Shown: in pieces, positions 1 to 11,600 of the stretch
How positions within the stretch are numbered: the stretch's first letter is position 1
Layout: each line of letters begins with the position of its first letter
From: Aplysia californica
Taxonomy: Eukaryota
DNA: 37,299 bases
Direction of reading: 5' to 3'
Assembly (NCBI RefSeq): GCF_000002075.1
Contig: NW_004797288.1
Location: 2,629,328 to 2,666,626, forward strand
Program-made: the position numbers and the translations under genes
Notes under the pieces: generated by a model
The model's input: the letters and a program-made list of their open reading frames with translations, nothing else
What the model was told of the DNA's origin: nothing
Database searches by the model: none

Positions 1-1
<1 letters not shown>

Positions 2-40
<39 letters not shown>
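2..40. repeat. (CA)n microsatellite
   Basis: Perfect AC dinucleotide run at the window start. Confidence 0.98.
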
Positions 41-44
<4 letters not shown>

Positions 45-230
45 AGGGCTCGTGTCAATTTCCACTGAGTGAAGCGGTTTTTAGTCTGAAAACAAACAAC
101 ATCTTTAGCTTTCTATTCGTAATGTGTTACGAATACATGAATAAGTTATAGATCTAACCCCCTCTCATAAGTTGATAAGTCATAACGAGTAGTTACACAC
201 ATTCTTGGATTCGAAAGGAACTTAGTATAG

Positions 231-2311
231 GAGCAATTGCCAAAACGTGAGACTCAGTGGTGCAAACAATTTTTTCTTAACAATTGGACTCTCTTTGCTG
301 TCAGTCACAGATTGACATTTAGTGCTCATATTCCTAGAGTATCAGAGCAAGGAGATGTAGGGTTTGGAGATATGGGTCTATTGGTTTGGCAACTAAGTTA
401 CTGTATTTCTTGTATGTAACAGTGATGACAAAAACAGATAAGCAGCAAGGCAAATTTACTTTAAATTCAATTTGTTTAGTAAACAAAGACTTCGTACACT
501 ATGAACTCCATTCATAATGGTAATATGAATGACAAGCTTTGTAACAATGGCGCAGTGCACAGAACATGTCATCATTGTTTATATCAAGAAAGGATACACA
601 TTGGACATTGTCATTGACAACACATTACAATAGTTAAAGGCTGTACAAATACAGTTATCAAAGCCTCAGTACCAGAAAAACACATGTGTAAAACAATTTT
701 TAAACTAATATGAGGCAAAAGCACAAAATCAATGGAGCTGACTTGTACATAACAGTGATGACAAACATGACTTGTACATAACTAACAGTGATGACACAAT
801 GTACAGGAAAAGACAAAGTCATGCCTCCAGAGAGAAATGCACACTTTAAGAATAAAAAAAAACAAACAGGAGAGGTTTCTTTTGCTTTGAAACAGATATC
901 AGGTTCTATCAAAGACAGTGGACGATCACAAGTATGTTGCTAATTATGACAAACAGTACTCGTACATAACAGTGATGACAAAACATACTGGGAAAAGGTA
1001 TAATCATACCTACAAAGAACAAGTTTGCACTAAGAGATACACAGATCAATAAAGGCATATTTCGCTTCTAAATGAATCTTGCATGTATGAAATATATGTT
1101 GAAAACTTATTGATATTAGCAATGATGACAAATATTACTTGTACATAACAATGATGACACAATGTATTGGAAAAAGGCATATCATACCAACAAAGAACAA
1201 ATGTGTATTTTTGAGTTAGACAGATAAACAAGGACATGTTTGTTTATTTGTTTGAGTAAAGAGAGCACACATGACTTAAAAAATGTTTGCTCTTAGGACG
1301 ATGTAATTTCTAGTACGTAAGTCAGTCTTGTACAACCTGCATGACGACACCCCAAATGTCATCACTAAGCACAAAAGCTAAATCTATAACCACAGAAATG
1401 ATCCGTCTCTCGAAGTTTATGTTCACACATCACACTCTTGTTCCAGGAATCCAGTGTAAACACCGCAATTTCACTAAAATATTCAACAGAGTAGCCTAAA
1501 AACACAGAAAACAGTCCAGTACGTCACATTCAACGAAAGATTTTTGTGCGTCACCGGACGCTGAAGGCAATGACTACTTTCGTTTTTCTGTTTCCCCCGT
1601 TGCTTCCATTGTTCTAGGGAAGCGGGTAAGGGGAAGTCACTCAAGAAAACAATTATATCCGGGCACTGTTGATGACCCGTTCAAAACAAAAGTGGGCGAA
1701 ATTCGGACTTCCGGCTCGTCGCAAGGTGACGACATTCACGGCGAATGTTAAACAGCCGACTGAAATCATAGATCTAGGAACCCGATGTTCCTTTCGCGCA
1801 TTGCGGCTTTTGAAGTATTGAATAAACGACGAAAAGCAAAAAGATTTAACCAGCTGTGGTGATTCTACTGAAAAATAATGGTGTTTTCTGTAACACCTAG
1901 TCCGTGACGACACAACTGACGCACAAGTGATCCGAATTGTTCGTTTATTTGCAAACAAATAAACCGATTTCTTGAGCAAGTTAACCTTTCTCGATGACAA
2001 ATAGCATAGGATCAAAGCACACGTAAAAAAAAAACCACCCAAAAATACTAAGTTTTGGACATTCTTGGAAGTTTGCGTTGGTGTGCTTAAAATGATACTC
2101 CAGGAATCACTAAAAAACGGAACATTTTTTTGCACAAAATTTACAAACTCAAGATTGTAAAGCTGACATGGGGTCTGAAACTGCTAATGCAGGTTCTACA
2201 TCCTATATTTGACATGTGTATAAGTTTTGGAGGAATAAATACTAATGCATCACATTTTATGCACACTAATGTGAGATGTGTGTGTTTTTCCCCACGTTTT
2301 GGCAATGGCTC
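231..2311. mobile_element. Non-autonomous DNA transposon, Sola(2)-like, ~2.08 kb
   Basis: 19-bp TIRs gagcaattgccaaaacgtg (231-249) and cacgttttggcaatggctc (2293-2311), 18/19 match; 4-bp direct duplication ATAG on both sides (227-230, 2312-2315). GAG..CTC ends with a 4-bp TSD fit Sola. No transposase ORF. Confidence 0.7.
408..1240. repeat. Degenerate tandem repeat (~180-190 bp period) inside the Sola-like element
   Basis: Core (t/c)gtacataacagtgatgaca recurs at about 410, 743, 772, 961 and 1140; the flanks ggaaaa(a)gg(c/t)at..cataccnacaaagaacaa are shared by the last two. Confidence 0.75.
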
Positions 2312-3339
2312 ATAGGTCAATTTCCGAATGTTTTGCACTCAAATTCTTCTTGTTACCTGCACAATGGTATTCAGAACTATCTATAAACTTATTTTTATCA
2401 GGTAATATAATTTTGCATGATATAAATTAAATTTCATTTGAAAGATTTTGTGTACAGTAATATGGAAGTCTTGTTTCCCGGCTATCCTTTTGAGCTCCTT
2501 ATGTCTAAGTGAATTTTAGTGGACGAACATCTAGATCTAGAGCTACTGGACCAACTTCAACTTGGACTGTTTTGAATGAGACGTAGGCTAGCCAACGCTT
2601 CGGTGTAGAACCGATTCTTGAAGTAGGCCACAAACTCAAGCAGAAATTTAAGCTTTATTGGGAACATAAATCAGGGGGACAGCGGTTAGGGAGAGAGAGA
2701 GAGACAACCCCCCACACACACGCACAGAGGGACAGAGAGGCATGCGTAAGCGGAAGTTCATGATCGCAGAACACCGAGCACACATAGGCTAGATCTACTC
2801 ACCAACTCAGAACAGCTCCAATTTACTCTGTGGCAATTGACGCTGGCTTGAATTGTCACCGCGTCACTCGGTGACAATTGACACTACAATCATTCAAATA
2901 GAATGTCCAGATCTTGGAAGAGAGACTCGAAGGAAGTGTTGTGATGTACTATTCTAAAGATCTGTTCTCTAACTTTATCATTGATCCTTAGTCTACAGAA
3001 TTTTAAAAATTTCATTTAAAGGCAAGGCAGGGGCCATCTTTAGTCTACGTGTCCACCAAAATAAGATTACTTCCAGGCCAGGCTTGTGTACAACGTTTTT
3101 GCATGGTGTAGAACCGATTCAAGATGATCTACGTCCACTGCGTCAAATCAGCTAAACATATTTTTAGCCCAGTGTATTATGATTGCGAGAACAACAGACA
3201 ACACCGGCACAGGCGGTTTATTTATTTATTTACAATTTCAGCATTGTTTCTATTCTAGTGTGTAGATCTATAGAGACATAAGTATAGTGAATAGTGTGTA
3301 TAGGTGTAGACAAGACTGCCTCTTTTTTTGGCCGGCTCT

Positions 3340-3805
3340 ATTTCTCAGAGCTCGGGGAAAATAAACTTTAACTCTATTTCTTTGTACGGATTCCGCTCTC
3401 GAGATTTTTTGGCTATTTTCGAATGGAGTGGCCTGCGCGCGCTCCGTGGGGGGGATTTTTGTGTGATTTAGTTTGTGCTTTAGGGGTGACTAAATGCAAA
3501 ATAGATCATTGCTTAAGTCGAGCAGTCATGTTTTCTAGCATTACCTTTGGAACGCATTTTCAAATGAAGTATAGTCCGGAAACATTTCCCCAACCACAAT
3601 TGAAGTATCTGAATATTCAGACATCTAACAATCTCTAGCTCTAGAAATTGAATTCGATGCAAAAAAATGCTTTTTCCCAGTCCTCGCAGAGAATGACAGA
3701 ATGAAAGATGACGCCGAACTTTCGCTAATAACCAAAAAATCTCGAAAACGGAAACTGTTTGGAGAAATAGAGGTCAAGTTTATTTTCCCGAGGGTTCGGA
3801 GAAAT
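3340..3805. mobile_element. MITE-like element with ~85 bp imperfect inverted arms
   Basis: 3340-3423 (ctcggggaaaataaactttaactctatttc...gagattttttggctattttcgaa) is the approximate reverse complement of 3721-3805 (ttcgctaataaccaaaaaatctcg...gaaatagaggtcaagtttattttcccgag); true ends and TSD not resolved. Confidence 0.7.
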
Positions 3806-5567
3806 CATCACTTCGTTTTTTTTTTAACGTTCTATCACTGGTATACATTTTAGCTCATTCGAGTGGGGTGATCTAGGTATTGTGCGAAGGCTAGGTCTAA
3901 CCTATTTTTAGTTCTCGAGCACAAAATAATCTAGGTCAAGTGTTTTAATTCCATTATTTTGCTGTTTTTCAACACAAATCTACTACTGTACAACATAATA
4001 ATATAATACTACTTTATGGATAATGTAAAGTGCAATGAGGAAGCAAAAATATACTTACAAAGATGCAAATTTCCTTCCAAAATGAGTCGAATCGAGGCTT
4101 ACTTAATCACCTGCTCGACTGACTAAAAAATGTGCAAGCAAGAAAACCACGTAGTCAGGCAAAGAAAGTCAGTGACTGGTGAAAACGAGCTCATATTTGC
4201 ATGTGAGCCTGGCCTGCAACTGACGAAAATGCCAGTGGACTTGCCCCCTTATGGGGAGATAATTTTAAAAAGCTTTACAAAATGAATTTTTAATGTATGT
4301 AGGTGGAGGCCTATATTTTTAGATACTTCAACCATTTCGACTTGCAATGTGAAACCAAGCTATGAAATAACATGAAAACAACTTAATTGTGTCCCTTACA
4401 CTAATACTTTTTGCAGTTGCGAGTGCTGTAAAATTCCAACCAAACTTTAGACCATGCCAACCATTATAATTTAATTCTATCTAGCATGCCGTACATTTAA
4501 AGAACCTTTTTTCCCCATTAACGTAAACACTCTTAGGCAAGATAAACTCTCCTCGGAATACTCCCTTTGCGATGTTACAGGCGAATAGAGAGAAACAACC
4601 GGATGCGCCCATCCGCCAATGCCCTATTTCAAGTGATCAATGAACTGGCTCGAAATAGTCATGCAGGGATTTTAGGTCACATACATTTGCCGAGGGAGTG
4701 AGGGGAAAATGGCCGGTCTCTGTGTGAAGCCGCTTTGGACAGGGGGGTAGTGGTACTTTTATGATAGGGTCTAAACAACTACTTGACACAGAACGTTCAA
4801 AGTTGAGGACACTCTAGAGGAAAAATAGATCTCTTACATTCTCGACGTTGAAAATCAAGCTCCTTATAGTTTTCGGTATTCCCGATATGAAAGTGTTTCC
4901 GACACCAAAAGTATAGGTTAATTTATGTGTACAAACTTCAAAGTCCCAGTATCATTAGTTTGCCCTATTTTTGATTGGTTGCTAAAATTCATTCACATTG
5001 GTCCAAAAATAGAGCAGACCAAGTTTGAGAAAGTTAGTCACTTACGTTCCGACCCGGTCCAAAAATTCACCCGCAAACGGGGATAAAAATTTCGCTACTC
5101 GCAGAAGCCCGATTGGCATTGCTTCATAGAGGCATAATTGGTCGCTTTTAAGCACAAGGGGGCTATCCTGAAAAATATTGTTTTGAGAAAATCAAAGGTA
5201 AAGTTTTTGGCCCTTGTTCAGTTTCTTTAAAGGATAAGGAGAGTTTTCTCTATAACCAAAAATACACACCAATTCAATGAACCAAACTTCTCCTATAGGT
5301 AGGGCTATATCCACTTTTGGTGCAGGTAAAGATTTCTGGAAACCCTGGAAATCTGGGTTAGCCCGCTTGTCCTTAAAAGTGACCAATTATAGAATTACAG
5401 CTTTGTGACTGTGACTGAACAGTGATCATGAAGGGACGTTTGCCTTCTGCTGTGCTTTATATGAGGCTGTAAGACTTTGATGTGACACTTTCTGCTGTTG
5501 AAAATAAAATTTGGCTTCATACAATGTACATGTTCATTTCTTATGTCGTTACTTTGTTCTTTTACAG

Positions 5568-5636
5568 CTGAAGAGTCTATATACTCAGCCTCCAGAAGCT
5601 GTCAGAGTAAAGTACATGGATGATGAAGGAGACTGG
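5568..5636 (+). CDS. NBR1: Exon: PB1 part LKSLYTQPPEAVRVKYMDDEGDW (phase 0/0)
   Basis: tttacag|CTG...TGG|gtaaag; first half of the PB1 OPCA acidic motif. Confidence 0.85.
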
Positions 5637-8600
5637 GTAAAGCAAGCTGTTTTAGACTTCCATTGCTTTCAATTTTATTAGAAGTTTATTTCAACTGCTC
5701 ATGTAAAACTCCCGTCATTCGCCATTTTTAAAAGTGACATATGACAGAACTGTCTTACGCAGAACAGTAGATTAGCTGTTCAGAGTTTCTGGTGATGATT
5801 GTTTGGGTTGTTGTTTTTTCCTTTTTTCTCTTTGTACCTAACTCTTTAATCTATGCAAAAGAGATTTTGTGTGCTGCAAGTTGTTTTTCCAATAATTTTA
5901 GTATTGCCAAGTCAATGGTATTTAAAATTTTGTGATGGCTCCCCGTTCTTTTTTGTGTATGTTACTCTCTTGTAACACATCCATTCTTCAGCACTTATAT
6001 ATGACCTTATTGTGTTGCAAGTGCTGTAAAACTCATACGAGGAAAAGAACAATTTTGTGAAAATTTAAATTTCTTATAAGATGTGTACGGATGTTTTTAA
6101 TTTTTACCCGTCATTTTTCAATAGGAACTGACTGTTAATGTCAAGGGTCAAAGTAAAACTAACTTAAACGAATTATTGTCATGTTACATCCATGGAGACC
6201 ATGATAATGTGAATTTTAAAGTAATAAAGTATCATTTCTTTTAATTTATGCTTTTAAATCTTCTGTTTTCTCATGGTTAGAGATTCGTACAGTGGTGCTC
6301 CTTACCATTTTTCATTAGCCAAAAGGCCTGAAAAAAATGTACTTGTAATTTGATCAATAATCCTTTCTTTGGATTCCAGGTTGAGCTTGGAAGTGATGCA
6401 GAGCTACAAGAAGCTCTTAAGGTACACTTTTAAGGATGTTTTCTGAGGACTTTTATTTATCTATCAAATATCTCATAATTTGGGGAAATTACAGAAAGAT
6501 ATTTGATAGAATAAATATTAAAGTTGAACACTTAAGTCAGATTTTCCAATTGAAGTTTTGTTATTTTACAGAATGGTTTAAAAAACCCACCTACACTACA
6601 CTTGTCACTAGATTACTGTAGCCTTTTTCTTAAATCTTAAAGTTTATAGATTATTATGCAACTGAAGTTATGAATTTTCTCTTATATAACAAATTATCTT
6701 TTATGCCTGTCCCAGGTTTAGATATAAAATTCAGGAGGCTGGTGGTAAAATAAGTTTTACTTCCTTCATTTTTTAAGATGTTGCAATTATTATAATTGCC
6801 TTTTATAGTTGTGGGGCTACAACTGAAAGTTTTGCAACTTGCTTTTTCATGAAATGTACATTTTATTTCCTTTGACTTCTAATTTAAACTATTTGTTGAT
6901 TTACTACAGTCAGTCATGTCATATTGCGGATATTATGCTTTAGAAAGAATTTCATTATTATAGATGCTGTCAGCAAAGTGAACCATATTGGGTACTGAAA
7001 AAAGTCGCACCAGAATGGTACCAAAGTTCCTTTTTTTGTAATTTTCCTGAGTGTTAAGTATTGGCCTTTACTTGTGGATGGTGAATTGACAACTGAAAAG
7101 CAGGAAATCATGATGTTACGAAAGTTTGTTTAGAGAACATTGAGAATATTCTAAAAAAAAAAAAAGGAAATAAACTATGAAATTCTTATAACCGCAGAAA
7201 TCTTAATGACCCAAGGGTACATTTTTATATTTTGCCTTTCCTTTTTGATTTTCCAACAGTTCACAAGCAGGTCTGGGGAGATCCTGCAGCTGCAGGTGCG
7301 TCGAGTAGACAGTGGGAGACTGATAGATTTGCAAGATGAATGTATAGACGCTGGGCCCATGTCTGACCGATCATCCCAAAACAGTATGGTCGAACATCGT
7401 CCTGGGGGAGATCTGGGAATTAATTTGCAAAGTGAATCCCAGTTTGTGACATACGTACCAACCACAGACCCAGGAGGTGATGTTGCACCCATGTTGCGAT
7501 ACCCCTACCCCGCTGAACAGGCACCTCTGGTCTACCCGACCCACAGCTCACAAAACTGCTTGCCAGCAACTCCTCTTTTGCCAGCAGCTCCTTTGGTTCC
7601 AGTATCGGCAACAATTCCTGCTTATAGGATCACCCCAGCGATGCCCATGGTTGAAGCGTTGGTCCCAACAGAAGTGCCGTCAGAACCCTTGACAGAAGCG
7701 TCTGTGCCCAGCACCCCTGAAGAAACATTGACCTGTCGTGGTCAAGTACCGTCTGCTCCACCTCCTCCTCAGCAGTCAAGCCTGAACTTGTGGGACCAGG
7801 CGGCTAACCTGAGCCCCGAGGAGAAAATCCGGTTTCTCAAGCGCATCGCTGAGGCCCATCACCAAAGTCAGCGAGACGGCAGTACTGCCGCCTTGCCAGA
7901 TGTGGAGCCACTGTGCAGTGATCCCAGCCCACACAAACCGTGTCTGGGACAAAACAACATCCCCAACCAAGACCCATTTGATGTGGAGGGAGCCTCTCCT
8001 ATCCCGACCTCAGCACAGGCTAGCATGAACTTCAAGAGGGGCCAGAGTGTGGAGATCCTCACACCCACCCCGATAGATACACCTCGAGGAAGTCCTGGCA
8101 GTAATGGCAAGTTCCCTCGGTCCTCGTCTGTGGACCCGAGCAGTAGCAGCCCCTCAAGCAACCCCTCCTTCACCCAGGCTCCTCCTACTATGTCCAGTTT
8201 TGCTCAGCCAAGACGCAGTGCTTCGGCGGACAAATCGGCTGTCACTAAGGTGGCTGCTACCAAAGCCCTCTATTGCTCCGCTGTGGTTCCCAAGGCTAAA
8301 TTACCCAAGAAAGTGGAGAATGGCGCCCCAGTACCCATGCCCAGAAATTTGCCTTTGATGGAGGGAGCCCAGTCGGGCGCTAATGCAGTTGCTATTGAAA
8401 TGCCATCCGAGTCAGAATCGTACCATGGAGCAGCATCTAACAAAGAGGAAGAGATTGCTGCAAGTGGCGGGTAAGATTTGTTGAAATTTGCAGATTTATT
8501 CAGTGTTCTTGCTCTTTAGTTAACACCTTCAGGACCACCAACGTACTTACACGCGAACTGCGCAAACCACCGACATGTATTTACGTGATGGCGATACCCC

Positions 8601-11600
8601 TCATTCAAGCCAGTCCATGTTTATTCAAAATTATCCATGTTTTCTGATGCTTGTTCAAGCACAGAAGAGTTCTTTCCTTTTCGAATTCACCAAAGTTGAA
8701 GCCAGTTTGAGTTGATTAAAAGTTACTCGAAACGAGTATTTACAAGGGATGTGGGAATAGGATCAGCTGGTGTGGGGCCGGTCCCGATGGTGTTTAATTA
8801 AAACCCAATTCACCCTGCGTTGCCGCGAGCAGTGCACTTGTGTCCACTTGGCTTGCCGTGAGTTGGGGGAAAAAAACGGTCTGAATGAACTCGACACACT
8901 AACCTTCGACACATATTGAACCCAAACTATTTAAGCTATCAATATTAACTTACGTTTAGATTTTACTTAAAATGTTCTTTGAATATTATTAGAAAGAAAG
9001 ATGAAGGAAAGAGCAGAGAAAACAATATATTGTAAGTCTGACTGCGACTCATTGGCACTTGATTTACCCCAAGAAACTTATAGTAAATCTATGGTCTAGA
9101 TCTAGCTTTTCTTCGAAGTTTTAAAGACACTAAAATCAGTCCAATTGCCTTGTTTTTCTAGATTCACGTCTACTTTCACGTCTACTTTCACTTTCTTTGT
9201 AGCTTATGCTAAAATCAAAACTAAAAACATGGTGGTTCATGTATTTTGACAAACACAAAAATAGCTGTGGCACTGTATTTTTTGTAGCTGTTTCTCGTGC
9301 ATGAGGATTTCAGTGCTCGCTGTCTCGCCATGATTTGCAGTGACAAAACAACAAAACGAACTCACTTTTGGCGAAAAACTGGATCAAAACAAACTGGCAA
9401 AAGTTTTTACACCCTACAAGCGACGTATTATTTTCAATAGAAACGTGGATAATTGGTTGGGACTCTATTTTGTGGACTGGTATTTTGCTACGACCATTCT
9501 CGTAGCTCGGTGGACAGAAGCGCGTGGCTGCTACGAATATACTCGTGGCTCGGGTGCAATGGGTTAAGAGGACCTGAGTGGGAACTTGGCACTGTCTGTT
9601 CCTGTTGAATATTATAACCCATTGAATGTTGTAAAAGAATTATTCACTTCATAGTTCTTGCCATGTGAAGTTCTCATCATTTTTAGGATCTTGTTGCAGA
9701 GTGGAATACCCACTGACCTGCTTGTGTTGTTTTATAATTGTTTTTTGCCTACTTTGACAATTAATTTTATGTTTATGTCAAGTTTTTCAAGTGAAAACAT
9801 GTTTTGAATTTAAAAAAAAATTTTTTTTTGCATTCATGCTTTACAGAGCCTCTTCGACTTCAGCATCTGAAGAAACAGGTGAAATTCTAGCCAGAGGAGG
9901 GTCAGTTGCTGCCTCTATGGATGGCGAGGTAAGTTTTGAAACTGTTTTGTTTATTATGTGGCAAATCTTATGAGTACCAACATTTTTTTCTTACCCATCA
10001 CTGGAATAAATAGTTTGTGAATACCCATATTTGAAACATGTATTAAACATTTTGAGCTATTTTGATACCTTTTTAAAAACAAAACCTTAGCTGTTTTAAC
10101 ATTATTAGTAAAACTGTAAAAATGTTGCTGTATGCAGAGGTTATACATATTACCGCATTTTCTCCTTGATCAATGTTGTGTGTTGGTGCATTTATTTTTG
10201 TTACATACTATCATGTTGATATAGATCTTTCCCAAGGAGTATGCATTGTAAAGATATCCTTAATCATCTTTGTGTTTGCTTTTTTTTCTGTCACTCTAGA
10301 TCAAAGCTAATACACAGGCGGACTCGTGCGCTGTTGCCCCTGTGGCTGGTGAGACCAGAGCTTCAAAAGAAGGAGCTGTCACTTTGAAAGAGTTGGCCAA
10401 AAGGGCCAGCAAGCCAAAACAGTTACCTGCTAAGAAAGTTAAAGTGCTTCAAAAGAGGCCTCTAGCAGAAGTGAAAAAGGAGGAGTCAACTGAAGTACAG
10501 AGGGCAGAGTCTTTCGGTGTTGGAGCCAGGCCAAAAGTTGTGGAGAAGAAGAGCAAAAAGAAAGCTGAGGAATCTTTAACGAAGCGGAAAGTACCAGAGA
10601 AGCAGGAGAAAAAGTGGAAAGATGGAGAGAAAGAACCACTGAAAGATGAGGAGTCTGGAGAGACAGCTGTGATGCTTGATTGTTCCAAGAAAGAAACAAT
10701 GGCCTTGCAGTATGAAGATTTCCTGAAACATATGAAAAAGGTAAATTTCTGGCCAATGTCAGTGCACCATAATTATGTGTATATATGAGTCAGTGGTTTT
10801 TCTGCTGTAGATATATTGGGTTCACATCTCATTGCTTTTATAGCTGATAGTAAGCAGGATATAGTGCGCAGTGCTAGAGATAGGAACAGCTGATAATTGT
10901 GTTTGACTGATAAAGATACAGCTGCAAGGCCACTTGAATTGCATTGGTCTGGGGTTGTTTTTTTTATGCTGATACAGCCTGCCTGATGTTCTCTTTGTTA
11001 CATATAAAAAGAGTTTTGTCGAGGATGTATGTGTAATGACATGATGGAATCGGGTTCTCGTCAATTTTTGGCATATGGAGTTACTGGTATAATCTTAAGA
11101 GCTAAAGAGCTTGTTCAATTACCTTGCTTTTGGTGAAAAAAAAATGCTCGTCCATTGTGAAACAAAATTGAGATGTTTGCAATTGAAGGAGGTGCCAGTA
11201 TGAAATGGACGCCAAAGTATGGTGACTTCCAAAGCTTGAGTTTCCTTGGAAACTGCAAACTTACTTCTTTTGTGCCTTTTATCAACATTTTTCAGTAAAA
11301 TCCATACAGAAATGTTTTTCTGTGAACATTAAAGATGTGTGACGAAGAAAAATAAAAATAAAAGTTAGATTTTAAAGTTATCTATTGAGTGGCAAAATTT
11401 TAGTTTCTTCAATTGAATTAGTTTGACAAGCGCTTCTTTCACTGCGATTCCACACATTATATATTTGAAGTTGTGGTTTATTGCAGCAAAGAAAAAACTC
11501 TTACTTTATCTCTTTGGAAGTTATGAAAATGAGGTCATATTTCTGGGTTTTCAGAGAGTCAAATTTGGTGTTGTTTGCACGTTCCCCCAGTTGAAAATAA

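Noticed and set aside
1500-1630. Open stretch ...NDYFRFSVSPVASIVLGKR|gtaag as a candidate 5' exon or promoter
   Set aside because: No in-frame ATG after the upstream stop, no PB1 similarity, and it lies inside the TIR-bounded Sola-like element
1653-2135. 160-aa minus-strand ORF inside the DNA transposon
   Set aside because: No transposase or other motif; composition is that of non-coding DNA
4709-4750. aaaATGGCC start giving MAGLCVKPLWTGG, reminiscent of the p62 N-terminus MASLTVK, as the missing first exon
   Set aside because: Stops after 13 codons; the GT at its end is a weak donor in phase 2, incompatible with the phase-0 exon at 5568; too short for PB1 beta1-beta2-alpha1
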